NCBI GenBank assembly: GCA_964016885.1
Contig: OZ024741.1
Span: 149,606,001 to 149,670,000 of the forward strand
Origin: Eledone cirrhosa
Lineage: Eukaryota
DNA: 64,000 bases
Direction: 5' to 3'
Position numbers and translations under genes: made by a program. The notes beneath the pieces were generated by a model. That model saw only the letters and a list, made by a program, of their open reading frames with translations. It had not been told where the DNA came from and ran no database searches. Of this stretch, positions 22,908 to 35,000 are shown in pieces. The stretch's first letter is position 1, and every line of letters begins with the position of its first letter.

Positions 22908-24060
22908 CATCATCATCATCATTTTACGTCTGCTTTTCCCTGCTTGCAAGGGTGGGATGGGTCTTATTCAGCACAGCATCTCTCCACTTGTCACGGTCCT
23001 TTGTCATCTCCACCGTGAGCTTCAGCGATCTGAGGTCTGTTCTCACCACCTCCGCCTATGTTTTTCGTGGTCTACCTCAACCACGTCTTCCTTTAACTGG
23101 CATTTCCTGGCACTTCTTCACTCATCGGTCATCCTCCATGCGCATCACATGTCCATACCACCTCAGTCTCCTCTCTCGCACACTACATTCTATCCCTCTC
23201 AGACACAGTTTCTCTCTCAACACATTCATGCTGAGTCGTTCACGCACATTGACATTGCATATCCAACGGAGCATGCTTGTCTCATTTCTCTCCAGCTGTC
23301 GCATATCCTCTGCAGTTGCTGCCCATGTCTCACTACCATGCAGCATCACGCTCCTCACACAGGCATCATATAACCGGCCTTTCATACGCAGGGAGAAACC
23401 CATCTTCATCAGCAGAGGAAGCAGCTCCCTAAACTTCTTCCAACCTGTCCTTATTCTAGATACTATGGCCTCGGAAACACCCCCTCCCATGCTAATCTGA
23501 TCTCCTAGGAACCGGAAGCTATCCACCACTTCTATAGCACTCGCCTGCATTTGAAAAATGTGTCTATCAATGTGACTTCTACTGTCTAATTTCCCTGTAC
23601 ATCTACAGCATACGTATTTCTCCCTACCTGTTAGTTTGCCTGCTATCCCGCTACATCTCTTGTGTACCCAGGATCTGCATTGTGTGCATTTTATAGAACT
23701 TATGCCAGTTCCTTTTCTGCATATCGAACATGGCCATTTCCCTGATGGAATCAGAGTTTTGTCCTCTTTTCTACTCATCAACACTTTTGTCTTAGCTAGG
23801 TTCACTCTCAGTTCTCTTGCTTCCAACTGCTGTTTCCATAGCCAGAATTTATTCTCTAGCTCCTCTACTGATTCTGCTATAAGAACCAGATCGTCAGCAT
23901 AGAGAAGTTCCCATGGACAGCCAGTCTTAAACTCCTCTGTTATGGCTTGGAGGACTATAATGAACAAGAGCAGGCTGAGGACCGAACCTTGATGTACTCC
24001 TACTTGTATCTGGAATTCCTCACTAAACTCCATTCCTACCCTGACTTTCCTGACAGTACC

Positions 24061-24064
<4 letters not shown>
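22908..24064 (-). mobile_element. 5'-truncated RTE LINE, family B, in (TA)n
   Basis: ORF 23122-24111 has GVHQGSVLS, YADD, PHD and FRFLG. The frame continues through stops to ...PTLASREKQT* directly before the (GAT)n tail. Confidence 0.92.
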
Positions 24065-24109
<45 letters not shown>

Positions 24110-24111
<2 letters not shown>

Positions 24112-24410
24112 TATTATTCAGAATATTAATAAATGAAGACATTCACATAATTCCAGTATTGAACCATTAAGACCGTTGAGGTATGTAATACATCAATTCA
24201 TGTATTTTATCTGACGAGGACGTACTGAAAAAACAACACTACCTTCGAAATATATATAATAAAACATATATTTTGATTATGTGAATGTCTTCATTTATTA
24301 ATATTCTGAATAATATTAATAACTCCAGAAAACTTCTTTGTAGAGTGCTTTTAATCTATTGTAAAACTATATTCATTGAGTAATCAATGAACCATATTAA
24401 TCTTTGGTCA
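24110..24410 (+). mobile_element. Family H1b Penelope-like relic with hammerhead at 24200-24267 and short inverted 5' arm
   Basis: TTTTAT-CTGACGA-GGACGTACTG..CACTACCTTC-GAAA-TATATA-TA-ATAAAA. ~24112-24151 is the reverse complement of ~24277-24315. The 3' end is homologous to the H1 terminus. Confidence 0.72.
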
Positions 24411-24419
24411 TATATATAT

Positions 24420-24558
24420 GGTGAGAACAGACCTCAGATCATTGAAGCTCACGGTGGAGATGACGAAGGACCGTGACGAGTGGAGAGATGCTGTGCTGAA
24501 TAAGACCCGTCCCACCCTTGCAAGCAGGGAAAAGCGGACGTAAAATGATGATGATGAT
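24420..24558 (+). mobile_element. Short 3' fragment of RTE family B
   Basis: VRTDLRSLKLTVEMTKDRDEWRDAVLNKTRPTLASREKRT* followed by (GAT)n. Confidence 0.85.
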
Positions 24559-24562
24559 ACTG

Positions 24563-24910
24563 TATATAATGAATAAAAATAACCAGGATTAAATTAAATT
24601 AAATTGTTTGATTGATTTATGAACGTTTCAATCAACACAATAGGAAAATACATTTTTACTGTTTTACTGTATTGATTTCTTCAAAGTCTATAAACAAGAT
24701 AAATAACATAATTGTTTTAAATTTGTTTATGTTTTCAGAATGTTCAGACATGTGTTTAGTAAATAATTATGTTGTTTATGTTGTTTAATAGATTCTGAAG
24801 AAATCAATACAGAAGAAATGTATTTTCTTATTGTATTGATTGAAACGTTCGTAAATCAATTAAATAATTTAATGTAATTTAATCCCAGTTATTTTTATTC
24901 ATTTCATATA
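24563..24910. mobile_element. Older fold-back (family H3) with hammerhead-like core at 24791-24857 (+)
   Basis: Imperfect inverted arms. CTGAAGA-AATCAATAC..GTATTGATT-GAAACGTT has a perfect 9-bp stem II but weak stem I. Confidence 0.55.
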
Positions 24911-25270
24911 TGCTCTGTGGTATTGTAAAACTATTGTGACTGGAAATTTACCGATTGGATTAAACTCTGAACTGTCTTTTACTCATATTGCTGTGGACTA
25001 TAAAATCACATCTGCCTCTATATGGTTGTGTTATTAACTCATCTAAACTATTATATATATATATATTTCAAATTAAAAGATATATGTATATTGAGAGAGC
25101 AAGAAAGAACCATATATCCCATGAGAATACACAATATATTGCATATATACAAAGCACATATTTCAAAGAAAAATATGTACTATAGCTTTTTTATTGAGAA
25201 GCACAGATATCAAGCATATTTGATATGTTTTGATACCTTAAATTTGAATATATATAATATATATATATAT

Positions 25271-25476
25271 GTAAACAAAGATTAATATGGTTCATTGATT
25301 ACTCATTGCCAATACTGGAATTGAACTATCAAGACCGTTGAGGTATGTCATACATCAATTCATGTATTTTATCTGACGAAGGCGTACTGAAAAAACATCA
25401 CAGTACCTTCGAAATATATATAATAAAACATATTTTGATTATATGAATGTCTTCATTTATTAATATTCTGAATAAT
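25271..25476 (+). mobile_element. Family H1b relic with hammerhead at 25362-25431
   Basis: TTTTAT-CTGACGA-AGGCGTACTG..CAGTACCTTC-GAAA-TATATA-TA-ATAAAA. Begins with an inverted copy of the family 3' terminus seen at 24378-24406. (TA)n flanks. Confidence 0.72.
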
Positions 25477-26764
25477 ATATATATATATATTATAACCACA
25501 TTGCAACTCATGATGCTACCCTGGTTTGTGGTCTGCTCAGTCCTCAAACCATGAACACTTCTAATTTTAAATTTATATATGTGAAGTGGAATGGACATCC
25601 GTTGGTTTTGACAATGTGTATTCCAGTTTAATAAATGGAACAGCCTTCTTGTGAAATTAACATGTCACTGAGCATTGCACAAACACATGTATTCATAATG
25701 TCGTTCTCAGGGAGATTCAGCATATCACAGTGTGTGACAAGACTGACTCTTTAAATTACAAGTACAGTGCGCCCATTTAACCAATTTTACACACAAAGCT
25801 TGTGTTAACTGGAGGTTGTGGTTAATGATACTTGTCCAAGATGCCATATTATCATCATCATCGTCATCATTATTTTACATTCCCTTTCCCATGATTGCAT
25901 AGGTTGGATGCATTCTTTCTAACACAACCCCCTTTTATTTGCAGTGTTCTTTTGTTATCTTCTGTGTGAGGTTCAGAGTTTTGATATCAATTCTAACCAG
26001 ATCTTCCTCTACTGCAGCTTCCTTCCAAGGCATCACCTGGCAGTTCTTCATTCATACACATCACATGTCCAAACCACCACAGTCTTTTCTCTTGTACACT
26101 ACATCTGATTTCTCCTATATCCAACTTTTCTCTTAGTTCATCTTGTTGTACATGCATATATCATCATCGCTGTTTAGTGTCCGTTTTCCCTGCTAATAAA
26201 GGTTGGACATGTTATCACTGACCAGACAGTACTCAAACAAAGTCACTGACCTCCAGATGGGACATGGACCAAACCTTGATCACAGCTGAAAAGTCCTCCT
26301 ATCCCTTTGTGTGGTAGGTTGTCTACACCTGGATACCCTTACTATCACCAACCACTTTGCAGAGTGTACTGAGTGCATTTATTGTGTAGTTTACCAACAC
26401 TAGGAAGTGTGTCATGTCTCTGGTACAACAGAAGTGTCCTCCAGACCCTATGTTTGGCGAATATATATATGTATGTGTGTTTTGGTTATAATTATATACA
26501 TGCATATAAACAGTTTCTTTTTTCTTTTTATTCGGTTTACAAGTTTGTAAGTCAAACCCATGTGAATAATGTTGACTGAATTTGAACTGGAAGCTTTTCA
26601 TGGGCAATAGGAGTGAGGAGGCCGCTTGATCCCCTTTATTATGAGGGAGAAAAGATTTTTTATATTTGTGCTATTTCCTTCTTGTTTGCCCACTTATTCC
26701 TGGGTGGGTTGTGGGGGCAGAGTCCTCAAGCACATCTTCCAGTGGGTCCTGTCAGTAGCACAAT

Positions 26765-27500
26765 GCTTGTAGAGGGCCCATGTTTCACATAAGTGAAGGG
26801 AAGTCAGTATACTTGCATGGTATATAGCAATTTTTGTTAATCTTGTGATGCACCAATACATGAGACTTAAAATCCCTAAAGGAGCCAGTTGCTTTCTGAA
26901 GTCTTAGAGATATTTCATCATTCTACGGAGCTGAAATGGCTGAGTGTACTGATCAGGTAGACAAATTTGTTTACAACTTTCAATTTTGTTCCTACACCTA
27001 AGGTAGATGGTTTCGCATTTGTGGCTGCTGTTTAGGTTACAACATGACAGTAGCCTTCTCCAGGTTAATGCTGAATCCAAATTTCTAAACAAATAAAACG
27101 TGAGAATTTGCACAATTTCAGTAGTATGTGCGAGTTCGTCACAATCAAATATTTAGCTTGAGATCATGAAAAATTTTCAAATTGGTTGCAAAACACTGCA
27201 AACTGAAGACACATTTGTCAGATTGGTACATCACATATATCCCAGAAGAGCAATCATTGGCAAAGGCATGAGTGAAAATAATAGTGGAATATAAAGAAAA
27301 TTGAGTTGAGGCCAGGATGTCACTCTGCTAAACACCATTTTTTTACAGGAATTGTTCTTTCTATATTCCTACAGACATTTACTCATGCTTCCATTTTATT
27401 GTGAAATGATTTAATTATTGATACAAGATGGTCTGTACAATTGAGTATGCACAAGAATGCCCTAATCACAGTATTGAAAACCTGGACAAGATCCATGTAC
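26765..27500 (-). mobile_element. Highly decayed RTE (BovB-like) RT fragment
   Basis: Broken frames give KFGFSINLEKATVM and DEISLRLQKATGSF. Confidence 0.5.
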
Positions 27501-28240
27501 TGCTCATCTCTTCCAGTCAGCTACTGTTATTCAGGAAGAACATCAACTATAAGATAGGTAAGAAAAATACATACCAGAACTTTGCCAACAACTTATTCTA
27601 TTACCACTTATAAATATAGAGATCTCACATCTAATTTGTTTTGATAAATAAAATACAACAATGGTGCTGAAGTATTTGAACCTTGATAAGTGAACAATTG
27701 ACAGCAGTATAGTTGTTTAGTTTAAATAAAAAATGTTTATTGTTTGTACACTGTTCATTTTCCTGACATTTGTACATTATTCTATGTACTATACATGCAC
27801 CTTTGATGAGTTGTAGTGCACCTGAGCACTGTACACAATAATTTCATTATTATTATTATTACTCTATATTTAATACTGTATTTATGTTGTTCTGTTTCTA
27901 CAACAGAAAGAAAAAAACACAAAAAAGAAAGAAAAGAAAAGAAAAATATTAAATAGGGAAAGTGGGTGAGAGAGCAGCAAACTCTACATCCAAGTTGGGA
28001 CAAATGGTGAAAGCATTGCTGCAGAGAACAGCCAGTAACACCCACTGCATCAGCCACTCTACCTTATGGGCAATGTTCAAGAATCCTGTCTTTGATCTCA
28101 CTTCTTCCATAAGTCCCTACCATAACTATAGCCAAATTAACTTTAATTTTCCCAATACCAATAATGGAAAATAGCCTATATATATATATATTCTCAATGG
28201 AAAATCATGTGTTGAAACATGCTTTGTTATATTTGGGGTT

Positions 28241-28523
28241 GGTCAATGTGGCTTAGTGGTTAGAGTATTAGGCTTGCAATCGAAACGTTGTGAGTTCAAT
28301 TCTCAGACCGGGTGATGTGTTGTTTCCTTGAGCAAGACACTTTATTTCACGTTGCTCCAGTTTACTCAGCTGAAAATGAGTACCAGCAATAGCTGGAGGT
28401 TTAACCCTGCGATAGACTGGCGTCCTGTCCAGGGGGGAGTCTTGTACTCTCAGTTGCTTCACGCCATGAAACCGGGATAAGCACCGGCCAAATGAGCATT
28501 CTGGTTTAAGACAGACTTTAGAC
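28241..28523 (+). mobile_element. tRNA/CORE SINE with a third, non-RTE tail
   Basis: Same head and CORE as 11998, then 'aaccctgcgatagactggcgtcctgtccagggggga...accgggataagcaccggcc...agacttta'. Confidence 0.82.
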
Positions 28524-28865
28524 ATGTTGCCAATAAAAACACACCCTATTTAATTTTCACTTTATCTTTATTATTAGTTAGTTCGTTAAAGTTCAAAGTT
28601 CTTTTGTCACACATTTTGTCAATGATTATGATTTCTGTGCCTCATCTTTATGGTCTTATTTTCTTAACTGCATCTTGTTTCTCTCTCTTCATCATCATCA
28701 TCATTTTACGTCCGCTTTTCCCTGCTTGCAAGGGTATATAATTAAAAAGATTCTCTGCCCTACAGTTGAGCTTCTGCCTCTTTGATAGCAAATGACAAAT
28801 GTAACAAGATCAACCATAGGGCAGAGATTTCTTATATTTCACACTCTACTTTTCATAAGAACAGA

Positions 28866-29014
28866 GCATGTATGGGCAACCCTTTTTTTTAGAAGTGGAC
28901 CACATAGGATCTAACTCATCATAAGGTGGGCGGCACTACTAACAAATTCAAAACAATTTTAAAATTAGGTGTACCATTTAGAAAATCAAATGGACCGCAG
29001 TTTGTTCATGATTG
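28866..29014. mobile_element. Degenerate hAT MITE, same family as 37552-37712
   Basis: catgtatgggcaaccc...gcactactaacaaattca...cagtttgttcatgattg. Confidence 0.65.
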
Positions 29015-29345
29015 AATAATTGTCTTAACAACTCATCTCTTTCTCTCTCTATATATACCTATATTAGGATGGATTCAATTTGAAACTGGTTAGACCATTA
29101 CAAAACATAGTACTAGATACTTGGAGTAGTAGAGTATGGTTATATTATAATGAGTCGAGACCCGACGGCTGAGCTCTTGCCATTTCAACAGCTAGTTCCA
29201 GACGCTATATATATAGAGGAATGCTCGCAAGCAATTGCAATGTGTTATGCCACTTAACTAAAACAAAAAAATGTAACCGGCAATGGTCCAAAGATCGATA
29301 GACAGAAAGGAGACAACACCGATCAAATGGCTTACATTCCAGTTA

Positions 29346-29545
29346 NNNNNNNNNNNNNNNNNNNNNNNNNNNNNNNNNNNNNNNNNNNNNNNNNNNNNNN
29401 NNNNNNNNNNNNNNNNNNNNNNNNNNNNNNNNNNNNNNNNNNNNNNNNNNNNNNNNNNNNNNNNNNNNNNNNNNNNNNNNNNNNNNNNNNNNNNNNNNNN
29501 NNNNNNNNNNNNNNNNNNNNNNNNNNNNNNNNNNNNNNNNNNNNN
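29346..29545. other. Assembly gap (200 N)
   Basis: Run of N. Contiguity across it is not guaranteed. Confidence 0.99.
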
Positions 29546-30649
29546 GCAATCGAGCAAGTCCTATGATCACAGCAATTTCAGTCATGATAATAACTAGTTT
29601 TTTTCTATATTTCTTCAGACACAGTTTCCGGACACCATTGTCCGGTGCCCCCCCCCCCTCCTTTTTAAAAATAAAAGACGGTCATCTTGTGTGCTTTGAA
29701 GGTGATTTAGCAATTAAAAGTCCCCTTCTTTCGTTCACATGCATATATATATTTTTAGGCCTGGTCAAACTAGGAATACATAAATATCCAGGCTCAGGCC
29801 TGTTTCTATATTTAACAACCACCCCACTATTTCTGAAATCTGGATGAAGCCTCAACGTGACCGCCTGACCTTCTAAAAATAACAGCCAAAACAATCTTCT
29901 CTCATGATCTGCTGTTAAATTATTGGGCATTGTTAGCCTTGGATACACATCTGATCTGGGGCTAAGCAATTTTTCCCCTCATTATTTCTAGTCTTCACAA
30001 CACGTGTGGATCATAGTTTTGTATGTCCTTTAGTTTTTATATACACAAATGCACGCGCGCGCTCACATTTCTAGAGTAATATGAAAATAGTATTTATTTA
30101 TCTCTTCGAAGGTGAGAGTTTTGGATTATTTTTAATTTTTAATTTCTGTTTCATCATCTATCTGTGAAAGACAGTGGCTCCAATCCTCAACACACGCGTG
30201 AAACCACATAAGAGAGGTAACTTCGCAGGAGGCCTACTAAACATAGGTGTGAGCTGTAAATCTAATTTACATTTCTCCATCCACATCCCGTTAAATATAT
30301 TATCTTTGTATAAAACAGTCAATTTTATACATGCATATATACATACATACATATATATGGAGATAATTATAAGTTAATGGATATGCACATGTATTGGTGT
30401 TTACAATAGTTAATATATATATATATATATGTGTGTGTGTTGAGAGTATCGATCGAAAAGTGTACTCAATATCAAATAGAGTATAGATTATGTATTTTTC
30501 ATACCCCCCCCCCCAATTCTGTAGTTTTGTGGATAGAGGGTATTTATACGTCTGTTCGCCATTGGGATTTGCATATACAATCCATTGTAATGTGTATATA
30601 CATCTTGCATATATTGTGTATATATGCACACACAATATTAAAAATGGAT

Positions 30650-30920
30650 CTCCGTCGGTTACGACGACTAGTGTTCCAGTTGATTCGATCAACGGAACAC
30701 CTGCTTAATGAATTAACGTGGAGGTGGTTGAACTTTCCACAGACGCGTGTACCCTTAACGTAGTAGTACTCCGGGAGATTCAGCATAAGTGTTGGCACTT
30801 CGAATAATATGTTCAACTCATTTTTGCCATCTAAGTGGACTGCAGCAACAAGAAATATATTGCCTTACTCAATGATACAAACGCGCCGCCGGGAATTGAA
30901 TTCACGACCTTAAAACCACG
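30650..30920 (-). mobile_element. tRNA-derived SINE of another tail type; older relative near 25598-25760
   Basis: Minus strand 'ggtcgtgaattcaattcccggcggcgcgtttgtatcattgagtaaggca...' (B-box plus CORE-like) ending 'gtcgtcgtaaccgacggag'. Confidence 0.6.
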
Positions 30921-30926
30921 CGCATT

Positions 30927-30957
<31 letters not shown>

Positions 30958-30985
30958 GAGTTCCTGGATTTAGTCTTTGTGTGTG

Positions 30986-31042
<57 letters not shown>

Positions 31043-31716
31043 CCGTAGTGCGGATATTTATTAGAACATTTAGATTTCTGTTATCACCTTTTTTTTTCGA
31101 TCGCAGAATTGTTTGCTTAAACTTTCAAGTTGAGTTTATTTTAAAATAATCTCTACCCAAACTATATTGTGAAAACGGCCTTGCAGAAAGCATGACCACA
31201 TATCTATTTTCACTCACGCTCCTGTCGTATTTTGACCCCGTGTCAAAAAGTCGTTACACAGAAGAAATCCTTTTGCGTTCACTTTTCCATGCTTGCATAG
31301 GTTCTCTCCAACATGCTACCTCCACTCGTTGCGTTCATTCGTCATGTGAGAGTCAGCGTTTTGAGATCGGCTTTAATCGCATCTAACCGATTTTCCTTGG
31401 TCTTTACTTCAACCCCTTTCTACTGGCATCTCTTTAGCACTTCACCCAACAACTATCATTCATACTCATAACAACACAGTCTTCTCTCATGCACATTGTA
31501 TTTGATTCCTCTTATATTCTGATTTTTTCATATCTCATTTACATCGTTCATGCATACTAACTAACATTATACATTCAGCGGAGCATGCTTCATTTCTCTC
31601 CAGCCTCCGTTTATCCTCTGCATTTACCGCTCATGTTTCACCACCATGCAACATCGGTCCCAACACGGATACCCCCTGCTCGGAGTTTTCTCTATATTTT
31701 TTTTATTTCGCGTGTG

Positions 31717-32071
31717 ACCTCCAAACCAGTCGCAAACTACTAAATTTATAAAAAAAATGGTAAGTAAAGGGGGCCGAAAAGACCATCGGAGTCTCGCAGG
31801 TCTACACACCTCGCGTTTGGTAGGAAATAATTATCTTTCCTTGTTTTTTTCTTCTGTACCTCTTAGATGCTTGCAATCGTCTTTTTCCTCCGGAAAACAG
31901 AAACCCTAATCCGGGAAAAAATGTTTATTGCGTGCATCTAAAAGGTCCAGAAGAAATCGAGGAAAGATAATTATTTCCCACCAAACGCGAGGTGTGTAGA
32001 TCTGCGAGACTCCGTTGGTCTTTTCGCCCCCTTTCACTACAAATCTAGTCATTTCTGACTAGTTTGGAGGT
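31717..32071. repeat. CpG-rich imperfect fold-back (~170-bp arms) with partial third copy at ~32125-32205
   Basis: 'gaaaagaccatcggagtctcgcaggtctacacacctcgcgtttgg' pairs with 'ccaaacgcgaggtgtgtagatctgcgagactccgttggtcttttc'. Confidence 0.85.
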
Positions 32072-35000
32072 ACTATTCGTTGATAATGCAAAAAAAAAAA
32101 AAAATCGCTGGGGAAAATTCGTTCTCCGGAGAAAAAAGTTGATTGCCTGCATCTTGGAGGTTAGATTAGTTGATATTACACGGAATAAACCTAGGAGAAA
32201 TCGAGTGGAGTGAGTGTTCTATAATAATACCGTCTTTTTTCTGTTGGGGACAATATATGTAGTTGAGTGCTCTATCACTTCGAAATCTCCCTCTTTCTCT
32301 CTCTCAGACTTATTCCTCACAATCCCTGTTGGGTGTAAAGAGGGAAGACTATCGATTATCGTATAATTTTCTTATTCGGTTTTCATGTAAAATTATAAAG
32401 CCTAGACACGTTTGTGTTCGATACATGTATTAGACTGGCTCTTGCACTAACATGCGCACACACACATTGCTCTACGGCTTTATATATATATATATATATA
32501 CATACATACATATATGTGTGTGTGTTTATATATGTATAAGGCATATTCACAATCTGGTGACTGAAACAAACAAAACAAAATATATATATAATGAAATTAC
32601 GTGGGCAGCTATAGAGGATGCTAGAAAGATGGAGAAACTAGCATGTACATCGGTAGATTAGTATAGAAGGTTATTCCGACATAGATGATAGAGTTTATAG
32701 ATTGATAGATTAACATAGACTGACAGATATAAACTGAAATTAGGAAGCAATGTATTTTAGAGTGTAACATAGTTTCAATTTAGATTGATACCTAGAATAA
32801 AATTGTCATGGACACTTAGACTTTATGAAGCGATAGACTACTATTATAGTCAGGTTGTCATACAGCTCCTATAGATCGATATATTGATACAGATCAATAA
32901 AGTTTAGACCATTTCAGTTTTTATTGAAACCTGAAGGAATTTTTTAGCAGGTCGTTGGTAGTTGTGTGTATTTTACTTACTAATTACTAGATTAATTAAT
33001 AACGACTGGTACATTATAATTAACCCACATTAGTTTGTACATTTATATATATCTCCGTCAGAAAGCCTTAAAAATTTACATACACACAATGCATTTCCTG
33101 TAGTCATGTTGCTAGGATAAGTTCGCTTTCCAATCACAAGGTCCTGGGTTACTCATATATTTAATCATGTCATTTGTACATACATGCTGAACATTTAAGC
33201 AATTATATCCTAGAAATAAATTATTAACCAATTTCACATGTCACTAATCAAACTATAGGGTTTCTTTTATGGAAACCGTTAATTTATCATAATGCAAATT
33301 TGTATGATTGTTGGTATATCTGGTCATCCTGGTATATATGACACCAATCCTGGACTTAAAAAATGAAATACATTCAATATTATTGTCGGCAGTGGTTCAC
33401 TATTATTTAATAATAACCTAATAAACTCAAAAACATTTTGCACGTGTTTTGCCATTGATCAGGGGCGAAAACTACGTAATGTTCAGTTCTCTCTCTCACG
33501 GCAACATCTCACTAATTGGCAGCGTGTCTATCAGCTATATACATATGAATGTTTGTTTTCAGAGTATACATACATAAGCTTATATTGACGGCCGCGGAGA
33601 TGAGTACTCGATACCATAGTAAAGATTTATGTATTCAAGCTTGAGGCTTGCTACTCTTATCTCTCTCTCCCACATATATAAAAGAAAGAAATATCGTTTT
33701 TTACAAAAAAAAACAATATAAAAAAAATCATAACACACACACACATATATATGTTATACATTTTTTAGATTGTTCCACAACCAAGGCTAACTAAACTAAA
33801 TATATTTGCCGATAATTCATGTTGTACAGTGGCTCAAATTAGTATATTCTTATGCATTTTCTAATAAGGATTGATTTATATTAAAGGAGCTGCGTTGTCT
33901 AATTTTAATTAAAGCCACTGCTGGCTCGAAAGAATAGTATAATAAATTGATATTGCAAAGAAATAATTCGTTCCCAACATATCAACCCTACGCTCCCGCC
34001 TTTTCCGTCACCCTTTATGTACGCTGAGTAGTGATAGCTGTATTACGTATCTCTGTATTTGACATAGAAGTTTACCAAGTTGAACTGACGATAGTATAAT
34101 GTTGATGCACGCACACACGTATATGTGTGTGTACTTATTTATTTATATATATATAAAGTGTAAGGTATTGTCCCAATAGTGTAGTTATTCGTTAAAATAC
34201 AAAATGAGTTCTGAAGAGAGTACTCGATAAAGCTAATGTTTTAGAGCTAAATGAGAGTGTGTGTATGCAACCAACCGACCAATATATACCGTGGAAATCA
34301 CTTAGTGTTATCGATACGTATGTTCATCTGAAAGTGATTACAATAAGCAGCTTCAGCTGTTGTGTGCATGTGGTGACATTTTGGGGGGTAATGTGGAACT
34401 ATAAAGATATGGTGAATGTGTATGATTATATGTTGTTGAATTATGTTTTGTGTGTGAATAATAACTAGTAATGTGAAATAGCTTCAATACTAATGTGTTT
34501 GTGTATGATATGGAATTAATGTTTTGTATAATATAGGTATAATAGTGATTGATTGCTATATCAGTATCATTTAATATAGTTAACGTCATTTGCGAGTGTG
34601 TTAATATATTCTTTAGGTTTCAATCAGTGTAGCCATAGTGTCATGAGAATAAAGCTCGTTTTGACCAAAGCTCCTTATATTTATGTATGTCGACAACGAT
34701 GTGTGTGTTTCGAGACATGTATTTCACATCAGTATGTGTATGTATATTACACGCCAGAGTGTCATTTGATAAAAACAAAGATTTAAACTCCCTCTATTCT
34801 CTCTTTCTGATGGTATATTAATGTCACAACTAACATACAATATAGAAAATAACTGTCATGGTTTAACTTTTGAAACATTTCATTTCAAGATGAATATGTT
34901 CTAGTTTAGCTAGATATATTTCTACTTATATATGCTCACACAACTCTGTGTGAAAGTGTTGAGTGACACTTTCAACCAAATTTCCCTCAAATCACACACT

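Noticed and set aside
24054-24064. 11-nt identity CAGTACCTCTG between the RTE-B 5' truncation point and the H1 hammerhead stem II
   Set aside because: It is ordinary RT coding sequence (YRGTV) on the minus strand and too short to argue for template switching.
27203-27225. Other CTGANGA matches (e.g. 5227, 27203, 39098, 41228, 61084) as hammerheads
   Set aside because: No downstream GAAA with pairable stems I and II; several lie in RTE coding remnants.
27720-27860. 3' end of a minus-strand gene (TTTATT at 27736)
   Set aside because: No upstream coding exon found; the adjacent 'gtgcacctgagcactgtacacaataat...(ATT)n' looks like a retroelement tail on the + strand.
29258-29597. ORFs spanning X runs
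   Set aside because: Artefacts of the 200-N gap.
31901-31909. Telomere-like AAACCCTAA in the fold-back loop
   Set aside because: A single 9-mer, expected by chance; no array.
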